Shown piece after piece: positions 60,802-64,000 of a stretch of 64,000 bases of DNA (position 1 is the first letter of the stretch; each line of letters begins with the position of its first letter). The translations under genes and the position numbers were made by a program. The notes under the pieces were generated by a model. The model was not told where the DNA came from. It ran no database searches and was given only the letters and a program-made list of their open reading frames with translations. The stretch comes from an uncultured Rivularia sp. (GTDB lineage Bacteria; Cyanobacteriota; Cyanobacteriia; Cyanobacteriales; Nostocaceae), in the NCBI GenBank assembly GCA_963665115.1, contig OY762007.1:4960001-5024000 (forward strand), given 5' to 3'.

Positions 60802-61161
60802 TTATTTCATTTCTTCCTCGTCATCCCAAGGAGGAATTTCTCCGGTTGCTCTTGGTGTCAAATTGAATTTTTCTAACTCAGATGGTATTTCTGCGGTAAT
60901 TGTTGGAGGTTTTGATTTATCATCCTGCTGAGAATTTTCGTCATCATCCCACGGTGGTATTTGTCCAACTATTTTGGGAGAAGTAGCAGGAATTTCGGCG
61001 GTAATTATAGTTGTCCGAACTTTGCTGTTTTTCTTTTTAGTTTCAGGTTGGCAGCTATTTTCTGAAGTATCAGTTTTGCTAGCTTGAATATCTTCTTCTT
61101 GAGATTTCTTACTCAAAGTTTTGATTTTGATTGGCAATTTTTTGTCTTTTTTCTCAGACAT
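60802..61161 (-). CDS. Small low-complexity protein with duplicated TAEIP...G(Q/E)IPPWDD motif
   Basis: 119-aa ORF with AGGA RBS, downstream of and co-oriented with the TPR gene. Confidence 0.65.
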   Translation of the reverse strand: MSEKKDKKLPIKIKTLSKKSQEEDIQASKTDTSENSCQPETKKKNSKVRTTIITAEIPATSPKIVGQIPPWDDDENSQQDDKSKPPTITAEIPSELEKFNLTPRATGEIPPWDDEEEMK

Positions 61162-61219
61162 CGCAATTCGTTCCTATTCCTATGTTTAATTAAATTTAAT
61201 TAAAAATTAAATTCTGCAA

Positions 61220-62860
61220 TTAAATCCAGTTCATCTCCTTAAGGATTTCTCCGACGTGTTTAACAAATCTTTCCCCCGTCATTTCAGGCAATTCGTGAAT
61301 CTTATCTAATTTCTTCATCAGTACATATTGCAAATCAGTAAACCTTTCACGCACTCCTTGGAAATCTGGATCTCTACTTGCCCAATCCCAAAGATTGCGA
61401 TCGCTATCTCTAAGTAAGGCGTAGACTAAGTACTGACGGGCTTTTTGCTTTGTTTGCTTATCACCGTTATTTTGGGCAGTAAAAATTGCATACCACGAAG
61501 CTAAGTTGTACAAAAATCGGGAACTTAAATCGGATTCTCCATTCCACTGTTTCTCTAATAGCTGTATTTCTTTTTGAGCTTCTTCGACGAGAATTTTATC
61601 TTTTGTTAGTAATTGCGCCATTGCTTTACCAACTTTAATCCTCCGTCTTACAGTTTCATCTTCACATCTAACTAGTGCTTTTTCGTATTGTAAAATCGCT
61701 TGTCGCTGAAGGTTTATTCTTCTATTTTCTTCAAATTCTCTTCCTTGAGTGCTGTAAGTATCGCCTAAATTTTCGTAAGGTTGATACCAGTTAGGATCGA
61801 ATTCTACCGCTGCTTGCAAATCTTCAATCGCTAGTTGATAAAAAAAGCTGCCATGAGTTGGAGCGCTGGCATAATTAATTACACCGAAAAAGTTATGTAT
61901 TTGCGATTGATATCTTTTACACCAATTGCCTAAATAATACCAAGGCACATTAGCTAGCATTTCTCGTTTTGAAAGCTCCACCGCTAACCACCGAGTAGCA
62001 GGTTTTAATAACAACCTAAAACGGTCTTTTAATTCGGGATATGTTTCAATAATCGGTAACTCAAATTCTTCATCAGTTACCGTTTTAGATGCCGTTTTTG
62101 CTACTGTTTTAATTACCGTATCAGTTACACTTTCTGTTTTATTTTCTTCCCAAATAGTGTAAAGCTTTGAAGCACCATGACCTTGAATATTTGTAACTTC
62201 AAAAGTTATTCCCAGTCTGTTGTAATCTTCACCTTGGCTTTGCAAGATACTAGTTACTTTAGTTCCATAAGGTGGAAATATAATTTTGAGCAGGCTTACC
62301 AAAGGATCGATTTCATCCGGTGTAAACTCGTTTAGCGAAGCGACTAAATTAGAAAGTCTTTCATCCGGAGTTGTTTGAGGTAGAGGTAACTTGTCTGGAC
62401 GACGATAAGTTCGCAGCCCATTACTATTAATATGTTCTTTGAGACGTTGGTGAACTCCCTTCATTTCTCGCACCAATCTTTCCCGTCCCAACTGACTCAA
62501 ACCTGGTAAAACAAACTCCATACCTTCCGCACCAGAAGCATTAGCAAAATTATCAATAATTAGTTGGGATGAACGGGAAGTAACTAATATTATAATTCGC
62601 TGGATGACGGCAATACTCAGTAAGATAATTACCAATTTTGCCAGAAAAAAAACTATCCTGTTAAAGCTTTTATCTACTCTATCCAGATTTGCCAGCACTT
62701 CTTCCACAGAAGACTTTGGTTTTTTTGATTGTTCTAACTCCGATGCAGCAACAACGATCGGTGTCTCAGTTCTTTTAGAATTAGATATCGGTGCTTCAGA
62801 ACACCCCGAACCAAAACTTATCGCTACAAAAGTAAATACTAATACAAGCCTTTTTTTCAC
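61220..62860 (-). CDS. Membrane-anchored TPR-containing hypothetical protein
   Basis: Lipoprotein-like signal (FGSGC), one TM, TPR-like A.EFDP.W..PYENLGD.Y and YNLASWYA...WA..DPDF. Confidence 0.7.
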   Translation of the reverse strand: MKKRLVLVFTFVAISFGSGCSEAPISNSKRTETPIVVAASELEQSKKPKSSVEEVLANLDRVDKSFNRIVFFLAKLVIILLSIAVIQRIIILVTSRSSQLIIDNFANASGAEGMEFVLPGLSQLGRERLVREMKGVHQRLKEHINSNGLRTYRRPDKLPLPQTTPDERLSNLVASLNEFTPDEIDPLVSLLKIIFPPYGTKVTSILQSQGEDYNRLGITFEVTNIQGHGASKLYTIWEENKTESVTDTVIKTVAKTASKTVTDEEFELPIIETYPELKDRFRLLLKPATRWLAVELSKREMLANVPWYYLGNWCKRYQSQIHNFFGVINYASAPTHGSFFYQLAIEDLQAAVEFDPNWYQPYENLGDTYSTQGREFEENRRINLQRQAILQYEKALVRCEDETVRRRIKVGKAMAQLLTKDKILVEEAQKEIQLLEKQWNGESDLSSRFLYNLASWYAIFTAQNNGDKQTKQKARQYLVYALLRDSDRNLWDWASRDPDFQGVRERFTDLQYVLMKKLDKIHELPEMTGERFVKHVGEILKEMNWI

Positions 62861-63062
62861 AACCGCTGCAATTGAATGGTTTTTGTGACAGCAGATATTA
62901 TCCGCGTATCATAAATTACGTATTCTTAACACGGATTTTTTTAATTGGCAACAATTTTCAGCGAACAGTTAGCAGTTATCAATTATCAATTACCAATGCC
63001 CCATGCCCCATGCCCAATTCCCAACTCCTAACTCCTAACTCCTAACTCCTAACTGCTCACTC

Positions 63063-63891
63063 CTAACTCCTAACTGAAAACTGAATCCTCGGATCTGGCA
63101 TAAAGCGGTATCTGAGGAAAATTCCCAATCCAACAAATAGAACAATTAACAAAGTTCCAATTCCCATCGGGCTGGGAAGCCAGAAAACCGCTTCAATGTG
63201 ATTTAGCTGTCCCTGGTTTGAGTTTCCATGAAAGCTGCTTATTATTTTCCAATGGTTCGATAGAATCTTCAGTTTGTTCAATGCTCGATGCACCCCAAGG
63301 AGTGTTCAAACTGAATTCTAAATCAATAATTGAACCAGTGTTAGTTAAAGCGTTACCTTTACTGGAAATTAAACCCAAAGAACGCAAGTCTAGATCGTAA
63401 ATTAACTGGTTGCGTACTAACAGTAAAAAATTACTCTGTTTTAAAAGTAAGTTTGAATCAATTTTCGGTAGTTCGGATTCCGATTCCGCTTTCTTAGAGC
63501 GCGATTTAGGATCATTTCTTGAATTAAAAAATGTGTTGTATTTTCTTTCTAGTTCCCTACCATTACTGAAAGGAATAGTTACAATTACTTCTTCTTGGGA
63601 AATTCTTTTTGCTTTTCCATCTAGTTCGCGGGCGCGTCTTTCAATGCTATCCAACCATTCATAAACGGCATCGCCACTAAAACTAGTAAGTTTGTCTCCT
63701 AATGTAATATGCTGTACGAATTTACCGTAATCAGCATTGTTTAAATTTATTCCTAAATCGTAATCTACACACCCAGAAAGTAACAGCGATGCTAACAGTA
63801 AAATGCATAGAAGCCGCATTCGTTTAAAAAGGCTTTTAATTAATCGCATCGCGCTACGAGAAGAATTCCTTTTATAGCTAAATCGTGACAT
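63063..63891 (-). CDS. DUF3153-type lipoprotein, split by a +1 frameshift at 63211-63213
   Basis: LLSGCV lipobox, IPF.NG.EL, LRSLG, L.TPWG, W.LKPG|QLNHIEAVFWLPSP.GIG. Confidence 0.8.
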
Positions 63892-64000
63892 AATTACAAA
63901 ATTTAATCGATTTACAGATTTTGTTATTTTTAGTGGCACTATAGCGGGTAATTGTTTAGAAACTTAACCAAAATAAGCTACCCAAAGTTACCGCAATAAC

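Overview
AT-rich DNA from a filamentous, probably heterocyst-forming cyanobacterium, judged from frequent HIP1 GCGATCGC sites, heptamer STRR arrays and dispersed SDR/REP/MITE repeats. Housekeeping genes (nagZ end, arsM-arsS, xth, queD, ndk, speA, cugP, scpA, pdxH) alternate with accessory islets. The standout is a retron locus at about 8.42-10.31 kb. It has a palindromic promoter, then a ~610-nt structured RNA closed by an 11-bp inverted repeat (8464-8474 / 9065-9075) that encloses a 53-aa basic/amphipathic ORF with a hairpin-occluded RBS. An XRE-HTH gene and a retron reverse transcriptase follow (type VI-like layout). A VapBC pair, a macrodomain gene and a Phd-RelE cassette come next. Other accessory features: two TA cassettes, each bracketed by a duplicated 3' end of the neighbouring gene; a BamHI-like R-M system with a GIY-YIG gene; an ankyrin/RHS relic; secreted proteases between separated type I secretion genes; and a HEAT-repeat/NTPase membrane protein. 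Four genes carry +1 frameshifts in short G/C runs, probably sequencing errors. All family calls come from motif recognition; no database search was run.
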